64,000 nucleotides of DNA, from the NCBI GenBank assembly GCA_964187785.1, contig OZ076409.1, forward strand, positions 43,774,001-43,838,000, written 5' to 3'. A program made the translations under genes and the position numbers. This document shows, in pieces, positions 23,285 through 34,947 of the stretch (positions are counted from its first letter, which is position 1; each line of letters opens with the position of its first letter). The DNA is from Amphiscolops sp. MND2022 (lineage: Eukaryota). The notes beneath the pieces were generated by a model that was not told where the DNA came from, ran no database searches, and saw only the letters and a list, made by a program, of their open reading frames with translations.

Positions 23285-23981
23285 CTGCGGGTGTTATGAA
23301 TAGAAAAGAGCCGGCATTTAATCCATTCTCATAGGCCTCTCTCCTGATTCTCGTTATGTAATCCGGCTCTCTTCGTGGTTTAGATCTCTCGACGTACCAG
23401 TCCACCTTTTCCTTTTTGATTGCCTCCACTGACCTGCCACAAACCATACAGCCAGAATACAGCCTCGTACTGACGTTTTCATAGGGTCTTGTATTCTGCA
23501 CGTGAAAAGAGGCGTGGAAACCTCCCATTGCTGGCTGCATAATAGGAGTGTCTGAGCTAGGCCCTCTCTCGTGATCAGGGGGTGACATTGGTGTGTCTGG
23601 GACTGGCAAGAAAGTTTTGCAGATTTCTATGCGCGATTTTCCTGCTTTTTTCGGCGGGGCGTAACACATTTCTTTGTCGAAATATCTGTGGTCCAACTTT
23701 GGGGTAATATCAGATTGTACTTGAGCCGAACTTGGAGCAGCTTCTAGTTCGTCTCCCGCGGGTTCGTCCATAGTCATGATCCTGCCCGCTATTAGCATGG
23801 GACTTGACGTGACTTCCCTTTCGATTCTTGCCACGAGCTGCTCTGTATCCGTGGAGCAGTCTGTTTCCCAGTCAGATGATTTATCTTCGTCACTAGATAT
23901 GTAGATGACGGATCTTTCGGAGTCATCAGAGTCCGATTCTTCTAAGCCAAACAGTTTCCTTGAGAGGTTAAACTTGCTCAT
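23196..23981 (-). CDS. Gypsy B 3' accessory protein (261 aa from ATG 23981): acidic, SIM-like VIYISSDED, CxxC; stop inside the 3' LTR
   Basis: Open frame 23196-24020. Its C-terminal VSQAAACDG is conserved as SQTSACDG in the diverged solo LTR ending at 48704. Confidence 0.65.
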   Translation of the reverse strand: MSKFNLSRKLFGLEESDSDDSERSVIYISSDEDKSSDWETDCSTDTEQLVARIEREVTSSPMLIAGRIMTMDEPAGDELEAAPSSAQVQSDITPKLDHRYFDKEMCYAPPKKAGKSRIEICKTFLPVPDTPMSPPDHERGPSSDTPIMQPAMGGFHASFHVQNTRPYENVSTRLYSGCMVCGRSVEAIKKEKVDWYVERSKPRREPDYITRIRREAYENGLNAGSFLFITPAVSQAAACDGTLITTSAGSQEIIPGTLPTF

Positions 23982-25028
23982 TATGATTTTCTTGGCAATT
24001 TTCGAAGCTAGCTGAGTCAACAGTTTGTCGGTGAAACATGATATAGAATGAATTTATCAATTTTAGGAGGCTAGCCGAGTTCGGCCTTTTCCCCGACAAT
24101 CCGTTTTGGCGGTAGAATTCCTCGGTTGATTCTCCCAATCCGACGTAAACATTTCTGAATGGAATTTCATAATTAGTCGGCTATCTTTGATGATTCAATG
24201 TTTACCCCTCATCAACAACACCGCTTGGAGAGGTGTGAATAACACTCAAGTTGTTAAAACCAACTTCATGATTTTCAAGTGGGTAATTAACAGGTCGCCT
24301 GAAGGTAATTAGCGGAGTGCGCCGTAACTTCTTCTTAACATGGCGTTAACCAATCAGATTCTTCCGTAGATAAATTGAAAAATTAATAAATAAAATGGCG
24401 GAAAATAATAACTCCGAATAATCCAAAATGGCGAGTTTCTAATTAAGGGTAATAAGGGCAACTGAACAAAACGGTAAAGTGAAACAATGCAAATGGCCAT
24501 AATCGGCCATTAACTAGATAGGCTGCAAATAATGAAGATCTTTGTACATTTCGCTGGCAGAGTCCATGTACAGAATGAATAAATATGTAAATAAACAAAT
24601 AGTATTAGTCTGGTAAATTTCTTCAGCCACGAACTCCAACTTCTAATTCTATTACCCCATTTTAATTCCAGTTCAATTCCGATTATTTTACTACTGTTTC
24701 TTTATCCGGAATTCTTCATCAAACAGCTTTCGCTACTCATCTTCAGCCTCTCCAACAACCTTCCTCCCTGAAGTATCCCCGGGACCCGTCCCTAATCCGG
24801 ATTTGGCCAAATTCTACATCTCTGGAGTCTGATTGGTTCGACATTGATAGGCGAAGCAGAGCAGAATGTCTTCAGTTGAAGGTTGGTTTGCTTTGGTTTT
24901 GAACTTAATTTAACTTGATCAAGGCTAAATTTGTTCACAAAATGCTTCCTGCTCCCATCTGTAAACACGTGAAAACACGATTTTATCAAATTTTCAAAGT
25001 ACTTCCGGAAGTTTTCTAATGCGGCAAA

Positions 25029-28000
25029 ATGGATTTCTTTCAAGGAAGCTCACCGCCAAATTTCATCTCCTTCTGTTTAGAACATCAGAATGTTGATGAA
25101 CCACAAGTCCAAAGCAACACTACAACTGGCAATCCCACTGGGCCTCTTCAACGTTCAGTGCCTATTTCAATGACCAGCAGTGTACCTTCTCCCCCTCCAT
25201 TTCCCCCAATTAGAGCTGTTCTCAGTCAAACGATGCCAATGGCTGTTGATTCTCCCTTCAGCAACATTGATGTCACCACTTATGCGGATGAGATGGGTCA
25301 TCGGATGGAAATTTCCCAAGGCCTCATCGGTGATGATCTTGCTCGCCACGATGAAGAAGGTCCATTTACGGCCCAAGTCCCAGCTGCACAGGCCACAATT
25401 CAGGATCCTGAGTTTGTACGCTCAAGCACTCCAAATCCATCTAACCAGCCTGGGGCTATAGTAGTCAGCCTTTCCCAGCTTGAATCATCCCTCTCAGTTG
25501 TGCCAAGGACACAAGCTGACCTCCCTGAATTACAAGTCAACCAGGACCAGACTCAAGAGGTGTCTGAAGCTTCATTCCTTCAATCTGAAGAGAATGCCTC
25601 ATCTTCAGTCATCGAACCGCCGCCACTTCCTGGGAGAAATGAGCAGACCAAAGTCTCAGGAGAACAAAGTGACACCAATCAAACGCTGGAAAGTGCAAGT
25701 CATTCCGAAATCCCTGCACTGTATGGAACAAACCCTTTCGACTCTGTCCCACTATCTGGAGGAAGTAGCGAATCTGGATCTGAGAATCATGACCCGGGCC
25801 TACCGGGCACGTCAAGGGCAGGCCTACCGGTACAAGGAGAAGTTCTACGAGATCTGTCAGGACTAGGTAGAGCAACCCTGAAACAGTATTTTGAGACTGA
25901 GGACCCATACACCTTCCCAGTCGGGCAAAGGGTCGTTGTCTTCACTGAGCCACAAGTCTACAATTTACTCCGAGTTTTGACTGATGAGGCTATAAACATG
26001 ACTTGTTCCACTATGGAAAAGATGGTAATTGGAGCTGTCAGTGGGTCACTTGCAACAGCCCCTTCACGGACTGGAAAATTTCGGTCAGTAACTCGCTCCT
26101 CTACTCCAGGTCCCAATCAGCGCGTTGGATCCAGCTCCGAAAAGGATTCAGACTGAATATGATTCAGGGTCAGGATCCCAAGCTGACACGAGTATGTTTC
26201 AGAATGTCAGCGATTTCTTCAATCCTGATGAGAGTGATGGTGCCACGGAGATGGCCCTAATTAACCAAGCCTTCGGCATAACCGCTTCTGGGAGTTCTCC
26301 TCCTATACCACAACCGAGACAGTCACAAGGCCCTTCCGAGGAAGGAACTGAGTCAGCTGAGAAGAGTAGCCTCGATGTCACATTATCTGAGGTCCGTAAC
26401 CGGTCTTGTGCCCAGAAGCCCCGTCAGGCAGTTGTGGCATTTAAATCCACCAGAGCCAAGAGGGGACCAAAGCGCGGAGTACCCATGAGGGAGGAGTTTT
26501 TCTCCAAGATAAAGTGGACGAGGTCTTTCATCTCAGGGCCAACTGATCCTCTCCACAACCCACACATGGTATGGTGCCACATGTGCAAGAAAAACTTCAG
26601 CATTAAAACCAAGGGCACCGTTGAGATCTTACGCCACCATAGAACAGAGAAGCACCTACGTCGTGATCAAAGGTGGAGATATGAGCACCTCAGAACACCT
26701 GATTCGGTGACCGGGAAAATACAACATCGGGTTCGTGGGAGGAATGTCAAAATCCTCAATAAGAGTGAACTAGCCCATGAACTGCCTAAATTCATCCACA
26801 CTGAGCTCATCGATGTAAGAGAGAGACACCCCTTTTATGAGGATTATCTCCATAGTGAAGGGCCATACTTCCGCACCTGTTACGCCTCAGTCGCGGTTGC
26901 AGACTCAGATTTGTCTTGTTGGAGACTTTGTTCAAACTTCGGGAGACCTGGCTCTACTTCGTAAACTGTGGGCGAGGGCTGGCAACTACACAGGGTACCA
27001 AGCAGCCTTCCAAGACTTCGATTGGAGTGAAGATCATATAAAGGTAAGTTTATTCAACTGTTCTTCATAGAGTCATGGTTAGCATAACAGGGGGTTGGAA
27101 AAGCAGCAGCACATAGTCTCCCAATTTTGTTCCATTTCAGGCCGTCTTCCAGCACATCTTCAATTGCATGATGGAAGACATATCCAATCAGGTTGCCGCA
27201 TCCCAACATTTTGGGATCGAATTTGAGAAGAGGGGGACCAATCGCTACATGTCCCTCCGATTCTGGAATGGTGCTCAGCTTTGTCGGGTCTTCATCTGCC
27301 GGAGTGGTCTTACCGGCACTGGGCTTAGTGAAGAACTGGGCTCTCTGTCACGGCTGTTGTCCGTCATTTCTACAACCCCCGATGTAGTCGCCATCTCAGG
27401 ATGTGCCGTCGACCTGATCAGGGCAGTGGACAAACATCCCACTTACCCTCGGGGTGTGCAGACCTGCTTCCGCTTCGAGTGCCTCGACCTCCAATCGCTG
27501 ATGCACAAGATGAATTACAGTGTGTTTGGCCACATTGACATGTTCTCGGTGCTTCAATGCCTGCTAGTCTCACTTGGAGGATGCCTCTCAGAAGACTGGG
27601 TCGTCGAATCAGCTGAACTCGTTCGAGTAAGTTCACTTTGTGAATTCAGTCTGTAAGGTACTAGTGTGCAAAGATAAACCACACCAATTGGCCTTTTGAT
27701 CCTAAGGGCTGTAATGTTCTAGGCGATTACAACTTCTACACTCGAAGTGAAAAGGATACCAGATTTGTGCCGGGACCTGCTGAAGAAGTGGAAGTCAATT
27801 CTGCGATACCTCTCAGTCCATTCCCGCAGACAGGAAAACCAAGGAGTCCACAATAAGGTTACACCTCTTTAATGGTACTTATTTCCTTTAGGAGGAGTTC
27901 ATGCTAATTGCCACCCTTTTGGGAATGTGGGCAGAGTTATTTGTCTCGTATTCCCCGTGTCTTTCACAGGTCCAGAGTTTTGAGTGGTCTCTCATCATGG

Positions 28001-29288
28001 ACAACTTCTTCACTGCCAAATTAGAGCTGTTCCAGCGCCTGGTCAGCGATTGTGAGTATTTCCTATTTCGTGGTAGTCACTTTGGTCAGTTGTCCTCTTA
28101 AGGGCTTTTATCTTTTGTATTTCAGACGTCACCAGTTTCGCTATCAATCTAGCTCAAAGACGGGACGCTTCCTTCTTCCTGTGCGGGGAGATATGCAGGT
28201 ACATTAATCGTCTCTGTTTTCGTGTTTTCCGACCCGACACCGTGCCATTAGAAAACGCCTGGTTTCTGTTAATGGACTTCCAGCTTGGTCAAGGCACAAT
28301 TATGGACGATGAAGACTTCCTAGTGCGTCTTAAGATAGCCAGCAGGGTTGTCACTGCCTGTAATCTGAAAGCAGCCGGACTCCACTTTAACAAGAAGTCC
28401 AGTACGGCAGCCATTGCCAAAACAGCTGAGGTGGCGAAGTCAGATTTTGTGTCCAGCGCCAAGGACTTTATCAAATTTCTGTTGGCAGGGGTCCTTCAAC
28501 ACACAGAGCTCACTTCTGACCTTATCAAGGGATTAGCCGCGTTCGACCCCTTTATTTTGTTCCAAAGACCTATGGAAGTTGCTATACGCCATTTCGATTA
28601 TTTGTATTAGACATTCCAGTTGCGTTCCTGGGTCTCTGCATCAAATGAGTCGGTTTGCCGAGATGAATATGTGGCCCTGTTGGCCTATCTCCGTGCTAAT
28701 CATTCTACTGAATTCGTTTCCACCAGTCATCCTCCTGATCTCATTGACTTTTTTATGGGCTTAGATTTCCTTCAAACTCACGACCACATTTGTTACTTGT
28801 TCAAGCTGAGCTGTTTGTGTATAACATCTGTTAGCCCCGAGTATCCCCCAGTGTCTTTTGGGAAGATTGACACGAAAGGACTTCAGTCTCGTTTGGCAGA
28901 CGTTATCTTGCCCTGCCAAAGTTACTTGACATCGGTGCCTGATTCCCTGCTTGCCTGTTGCACTGAGTCCCGCCTTGAGAAGTTTTGTCATTTGTCCACT
29001 TCGTTTGGACAATCAGGCTTTGCCGCCAATTATGACCCTTGGACCTTCGTAGACGGTTTCGGCCGTTCTGCTATTTACAAGACTCTTGTGGCTTCTTATC
29101 GTTCTGTTCTCGCTGGGTCGGACTTCCATTTTAGGAGTCCCATTCTTCCTGATGTTTCTTCTGTGCAAGACGCACCCGCTGTCAAACTGCCTAGTGAAAA
29201 CAAACGTAGACGAATGAGAAGGAGTTGTTCCCGTAGCAGATCCTCATCTGTCGTTGAAGAGTCCCCTGCTGGTGGCTCTAAAACCTAA
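25029..29288 (+). pseudogene. Antisense spliced gene inside Gypsy B: BED zinc finger plus degenerate hAT-transposase-like protein (about 1290 aa reconstructed)
   Basis: Exons 25029-27043, 27141-27626, 27723-27857, 27970-28051 and 28126-29288 are joined by four GT-AG introns that all preserve frame. Two +1 frameshifts (about 26150 and 26860) and a TAG at 28608-28610. Confidence 0.8.
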
Positions 29289-29533
29289 TTGTACATATGT
29301 ATTTATGTACTTACAGGCTGTACACTTTGCTGATTTTCTGTTTTTATTATTTGTTTCATCTTGTTCTCCTTGATTTCCTGATCCCGTATTTATTTTCCTT
29401 GCAAGGGATCATTCAAATGTTCCATTATTTATTCAGAAGATACTGCTGTATGAGACTGATTAAAAAGAAAAAAATAAAAGAGAAAAGAGCAGATCAGTTC
29501 AGGGCTAGTTTCCTGAACCTAATTTAATTTTCT

Positions 29534-32500
29534 CTAGTATCTGTAGCCTTCTGAGTAGTTTGGGTTGGGATTAGGCCTGAGATTATATTTCCCTCTTCTA
29601 GGACTCAGGCTTTCATTTCTAGCATCGTTTTCAGATATTTCGGGCATCAGAATAATATCATCCCCCTTGTTTGGAGAATTTTGTGTATCGTTTTCATTCG
29701 TCAATTTTCTTTTTGAAAAATTTTCATCGTTTTTCGGTCTATCTGCCGTATTCGGCAATGATTTTTCTTGGTTTTTTGGGGAAACGGCCGGATTCGGCCA
29801 ATTGGATTCTTCATTTTCTGTGACTGCAGTAAATTCATTTCCTTCAGTGACGTCATTATTTAAGTGGTCATTCCGGCTGTGCGCCGCATTGTCATTGATC
29901 GTTACTTCTCGCGTGATTACGTAATCCGCTTCATTCTCGGTTACGTCATTTGTACTCGTTTCTGCCGCATTCGGCCGTTCGCCATTCGGCATGTTGGTCG
30001 GAATAGGTTCGCTGTCTCGTGTAACTAGTTGCTCGCCAAAGTCGGTTTCCCACGTTATGACGTATAAATCATCTTGCGGAATGACAATTTCTTCATCTGG
30101 CTGCAACTGTTGTTCTCGGAAATTATCCTCAAGCGGTTGATTGGGGACAAACTTCTTAAGACGATTGCGATGCAAAATTTTAGTTTTGTTCGTATTGATC
30201 CGTCGTACTATATAGTTTTCATTTGGCAAAACTTTTTGGACTACAAATGGTCCAACCCAACGGTAATCGCGGAATGGTTTTTTTGATCCTTGATTATCCG
30301 CTTTATGCTGTAAGACAAAACAGTATTCGTTCTCCTTTAGTGGAGCGGCTTTTGCTTTGCGGTCGTAATATTCTTTGTACTTGATATACGACTGCATAAT
30401 GTTCTGTTTGGTTTTGTCAATTAGGATTTTTGTCCTATATTGGATTTCTTCAGCAAATTCGGTTGTAGGGTTGATTTTTTCGTTTGGATTATTTCCAAGC
30501 TTGTGATCCAGAATATTATAGGGAATTCTGCCATGGAATACCCTTGTTGGTTCACAACCGATGCTGGTATGATAACTAGTATTATGATTAAGTACTGCTA
30601 ATGGCAAGTATTTATGCCATTGTCGGCGGTATTCCCCGCATGCCATTTTGAGATTCGTCTTTAATGAGGCATGGGTCCGCTCTAATTTCCCAATTGTTTG
30701 TGGGTGTTTTGTCGTTGCACATTTGAGTGTGATACCCAAAATCTGCGTAACCTCCGCAATAATTGTAGAAGTAAATGCTGTACCTTTGTCAGTAATAAGA
30801 GTTGTTGGCAGATATGAATGTTTGGTCATGATGTCAATGATCGCTTTTGCTACATTGATCGCTGATGAGTCCGTAAGAGGATATGCGAACAAATATCTGG
30901 AAAATACGTCGATTGCTGTTAGGACATTCTCGTACCCTCCACTTGGGGGAAGATTCGGCAATAGGTCGATTTGCATGGCGTCTTCAGGTCCAAGGTCCCA
31001 TTCGGGCAAGTTGAGTAGCTCAGGTGTGATCGTTGCGTTAGGGACTCTCTTGTCTCTGACACATTGTTCGCACCCTTCTACCCACTTTTTGACGTGCTTA
31101 GCCATGCTAGGGTAATAATACCTCTGTCGAATTTCCTGCAGCATTTTTGAAATCCCAGGATGTTTATGTGCTGTCCCGTGAAAGGATTGTAGTAATTCCT
31201 GGAGTAAATGTTGCGGGAGCAGAATTTGATGGTATTTAACGTTCCCTGTTTCATCAAAATATTGCCTTACTAGGATTTCGTCCTTTAGTACAACCCGTTC
31301 CAGATTGTTTGCGTAATGTCTACATCGGGCATCCTGGTGCAGTAAATTTTCTGAATACTCTTCATGAAGCAGTTTTGCTTTCAATTGCTGTAGAACTGCA
31401 TCTTTTGATTGTTCGATAATGATCTGGTTGGTTTTCCTCAATCGGACTTGTATATCGGGGTGTTGCTTGACTAGATTTGTTGACAGAGTTTGTATAGTAA
31501 CAGTGGGCTCATCAGTTGTTGGATTTTTCCTGATTGCTTCTTTTCTTGCCCACAACTGCAAGATTTGTTCTTCTTGCGACACTCCTGCAGATTGGACATT
31601 GATTTCAATTGGTAGTGTTTGTACATCTTCGCGAATTTTCATCACCAATTTGTCCTTCGGGTCTGCTTCCAATCGGGACAAATATTCGGCAGCTGTATTT
31701 TGTGCCCCTGGGATGTGTGCTATGACAAAATTAAACTGAATGACATAATCACACGCGTTCCACAGGGCTGGGGGTATTATTTTTGTTTGGAAAAATCTCG
31801 TGACAGCTTTGTTGTCAGTAAGGATGATGACCGGTTTTGGCGCACCCTAGAAGATATGCCCGAATTCTTTGAATGCAAAATAAATTGCAAGGAATTCTTC
31901 GGCATAAATTGACATTTTAATCTGTGCTGGGGTGAAAGTTTTTGATCCATATGCAACTGGTGCATACGATTTTCTGAGTGACGTAAATTTCTGGTTTGGG
32001 TCGTCTTCGATTAGGACCGCGTACCCGGCTGCACCAAAACTTGCATCAGTCATTAGTGCTATTTGTTTGTTTGGAATGGGTTGCTGTAATGCCAAGTTGC
32101 AACACTTGTCGAGTGCTCTGTTGATTTCTTCGTATTGTTGGACTAATTCTTTCGATACTAGGACCTTTTCGTCATTTTTGAGCATCTTGTAGAATGAAGC
32201 AAGGCGTTCGGAGAGTCTTGGGACATAATTCCTGTAGTAGTTTAGGAATCCCAAATATCGTTGTAAAGCCTTTTTCGACTTCGGGAATTTGGTCTTTTCC
32301 AGAAAGTTTTGCACGTTCTGTTTCTGGGGTTTGACGCCTTGTGGGGTAATAGTTCGTCCGAGAAAATCAATTTCTTTTGCACCGAAGTGACATTTGTGCA
32401 TTGTTAACTTAAGGCCTGCTTCCTGAATGCATTTGAACGAAGCTCTCAGGTTCGTCATGAGGTGGTCTACATCATTGGCTGCGATGCCGATATCGTCCAC

Positions 32501-34023
32501 ATACTGGGCACACTGGTCCGCTTTAATGACTTTGTCAAGGTATTCTCTCATGAAACTCGAGAATGCGGATAGTGACCGACTAGGTCCTTGTGCCAAACGT
32601 CTGTAAGCGAATGTGCGACTGGCAAAATTGAAAGCCAACATTTCGATTGAGCGTTGGTCGGCCATTGGTAGGCAATGGTATGCCTGCGAACAGTCTAATT
32701 TACTGAACAGTTTTTTGCCTGCCAAGTGTTGGGCGGCATCAACTAGTGTACTGACGGGTTGATTGTTGTTGATATAATCATCCGAAATGAGGTTGTTGAT
32801 TTTTCTCAAGTCAACCAAGAGTCGGAGTTTCCCATTCGGCTTCTTTTGTGCAAATATTGGACTCGCGTATTTCGAAAATGGGAGTGTAGTTATTATGCCA
32901 TATTTGTGTAACATGGCTAATTCAACTAGGATGTCCTCTTTTAGATTGATAGGAGCTGGGAGGCTTTGACTATAGACTGGGGAATCGTCTTTAGGCGTTA
33001 GTTTCACCTTGAATTCCTCGTTCATGCCTATATCAAATCGGTGTCGTGCAAAGATGTCATGGAATTCTACTAACAGTTCCTCAATCTTCTCCTTCTCTTC
33101 AGGAGTAAGGGTGGAATCTTTCCAGTCAAAATTTTCTAAGAATTTTGCACGCGATTCTGCATCTGTAGTGGGGTCGAGTGTCTCCAGGTCCTGCAGGGCC
33201 TGCAACTCGCGTAGGATTCGTTTTTGTATAGGTGTGTGTTCCTCAGGATTTCCAGGATTCGCTGGAGTTGGGAATCAATAATTTTCGGAGTTTTGTGGAT
33301 TTCTATTGGTCTTGATGAGGCTGCTGATATAATGGGCTGCTTGCTCCTGGTCATTCTGCAAAAGGTGCCAGGTTGATGCCGGGTCTATCGGTTTGACGTA
33401 TTTCATTTGTTCTGGCGTCATTACTGAGAAATTGGCTATATGAAGTCCCTTTTTTAGTTTATAAGGGTGGTCCGTGAAATTATTCACAGGTATTGATATA
33501 CTGCCATTATTCAAGGTGACCAGGGCTGGGCAGAATGTGATGTCGCCTTCTTTATGTAGAAGGTCGCTCGGTTGCAAAATCCCAGTGACAGCATTTTCAG
33601 GATATAGTAAGGAATTAGTCCGAATTAGGACTCTGTCATTTGGCGGAATAGTTATTTCAGCAGGGTTGAGGATTGGTTCAAGTACGTTTGAGTACTTATG
33701 GTCAGCTGTTTTGAGCTGCATTGAAAAGAACGGGAAATTCAAAATTCCTTGTCTCATGTCCAGTACTGTATGATTTCGTTGAAGGAACATTAGTCCAATG
33801 ATCGGTCCCGTTAGATTCTCCATTATCATGAAGATTTCGTGGAACTCAATGTCACCAACCTCAAATTTGAGCTCTATGGTACTCTTAGAAGTTTCCAATT
33901 GGCCATTTGCGACCATTATTTGAATGTTCGGAGGCGGACCTTCTCGTATAACTGATTGTGGTGATAGGAGTCGGATTTTCCGGAGGTCCATTTCAGGGAT
34001 TGCACTGGAAAGTGCTCCAGTGT
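29534..34023 (-). pseudogene. pol: Gypsy B pol: protease (C-terminal part), RT, RNase H, integrase
   Basis: RT QYVDDI, LDCSQAYH; RH LMTDAS...TDNK; IN HGTAHKH..CEQC, QIDLL, ITDKG, KLERTH, WVGPF. In-frame stops at 33275 (TGA) and 31847 (TAG), both plausibly ex-Trp codons. Confidence 0.95.
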
Positions 34024-34947
34024 TGTAACGGCTGCTTGCCTTTATCCTGCGCTGAGGCTTGACAAGCCTTACGCCGCCCTGATCCGTTGCTTAGTGCTGT
34101 GGACCGTCACTAAACAATTCCTGGTTTTCTTGTTTTAAAGGACTGTATCTTTCAGCTTGATGGGTCCGATGTGACCCGTGGAATCTCCTGCGATCCCTCT
34201 TTTCACTGAATTGGATCCGATGTGATCCGTAACACACTTCCCTCACAGTATCTTCACGCGCTCCGGCTCTCCAACTATGAGAGTAGCTACTTAGTCGCTC
34301 TGACTCTAGCGAAAAGTTGTGAAGATTGAGAAGTTGATTAATTAGTCTCGCGGTCCTGAGACCCAACTTGACTATAGCTATTCAGTGGAGAAAATCTCTA
34401 TCTAATAATGGTATACATATGGTTTACAATTCTACAGTAAATATAAGCAAATATCAGTTGAAATATGTTGTATAAATAAATGACATTTAAGTGAATTATT
34501 AAAGTTATTGGCTATGTAAACAAAGAATGTGGTGGTTTTGGCATGTTGGTCAGGTGGGCTCAGAAGCATGTTTACACTATGTAAATATCATCAATTGCAA
34601 CAGAGCTGCATTCTAATGTGGTCAGAAGGGTAAATAGCAATGTTTACATTTTTGTCTCAATGACCTTGAATACTACACATGTGAGGGGTAATGGGGGTTA
34701 TAATGGGGGAATGACCTTGAAACTTAGCCGGTGTGTCCGTATTATGTACTTGCATATGTGTGCCAAGTTTCAAGTCTCTATGGTTAATAGTTGTAGAGAA
34801 AATCCCGACTGGGGGGGGGGTTTCGATTTAGCAAGGTGAGGTTTTCGTTCAAATTTTCATCTAAGTTTCGAAGAGTTTTAAGTTCTTGTTTCTCAACCAG
34901 CATGTTCTAAATCGACTTTCTCTGCTTTCTGATGACTGGCGCCAACA
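34024..34947 (-). repeat. BEL 3' LTR (924 bp)
   Basis: TG...CA termini; about 10 differences from 39646-40568 by eye. Confidence 0.95.

Noticed and set aside
25029..29288. Autonomous hAT transposon nested in Gypsy B
   Set aside because: No TIRs or 8-bp TSD found by eye and catalytic residues appear lost; not fully excluded without other copies.
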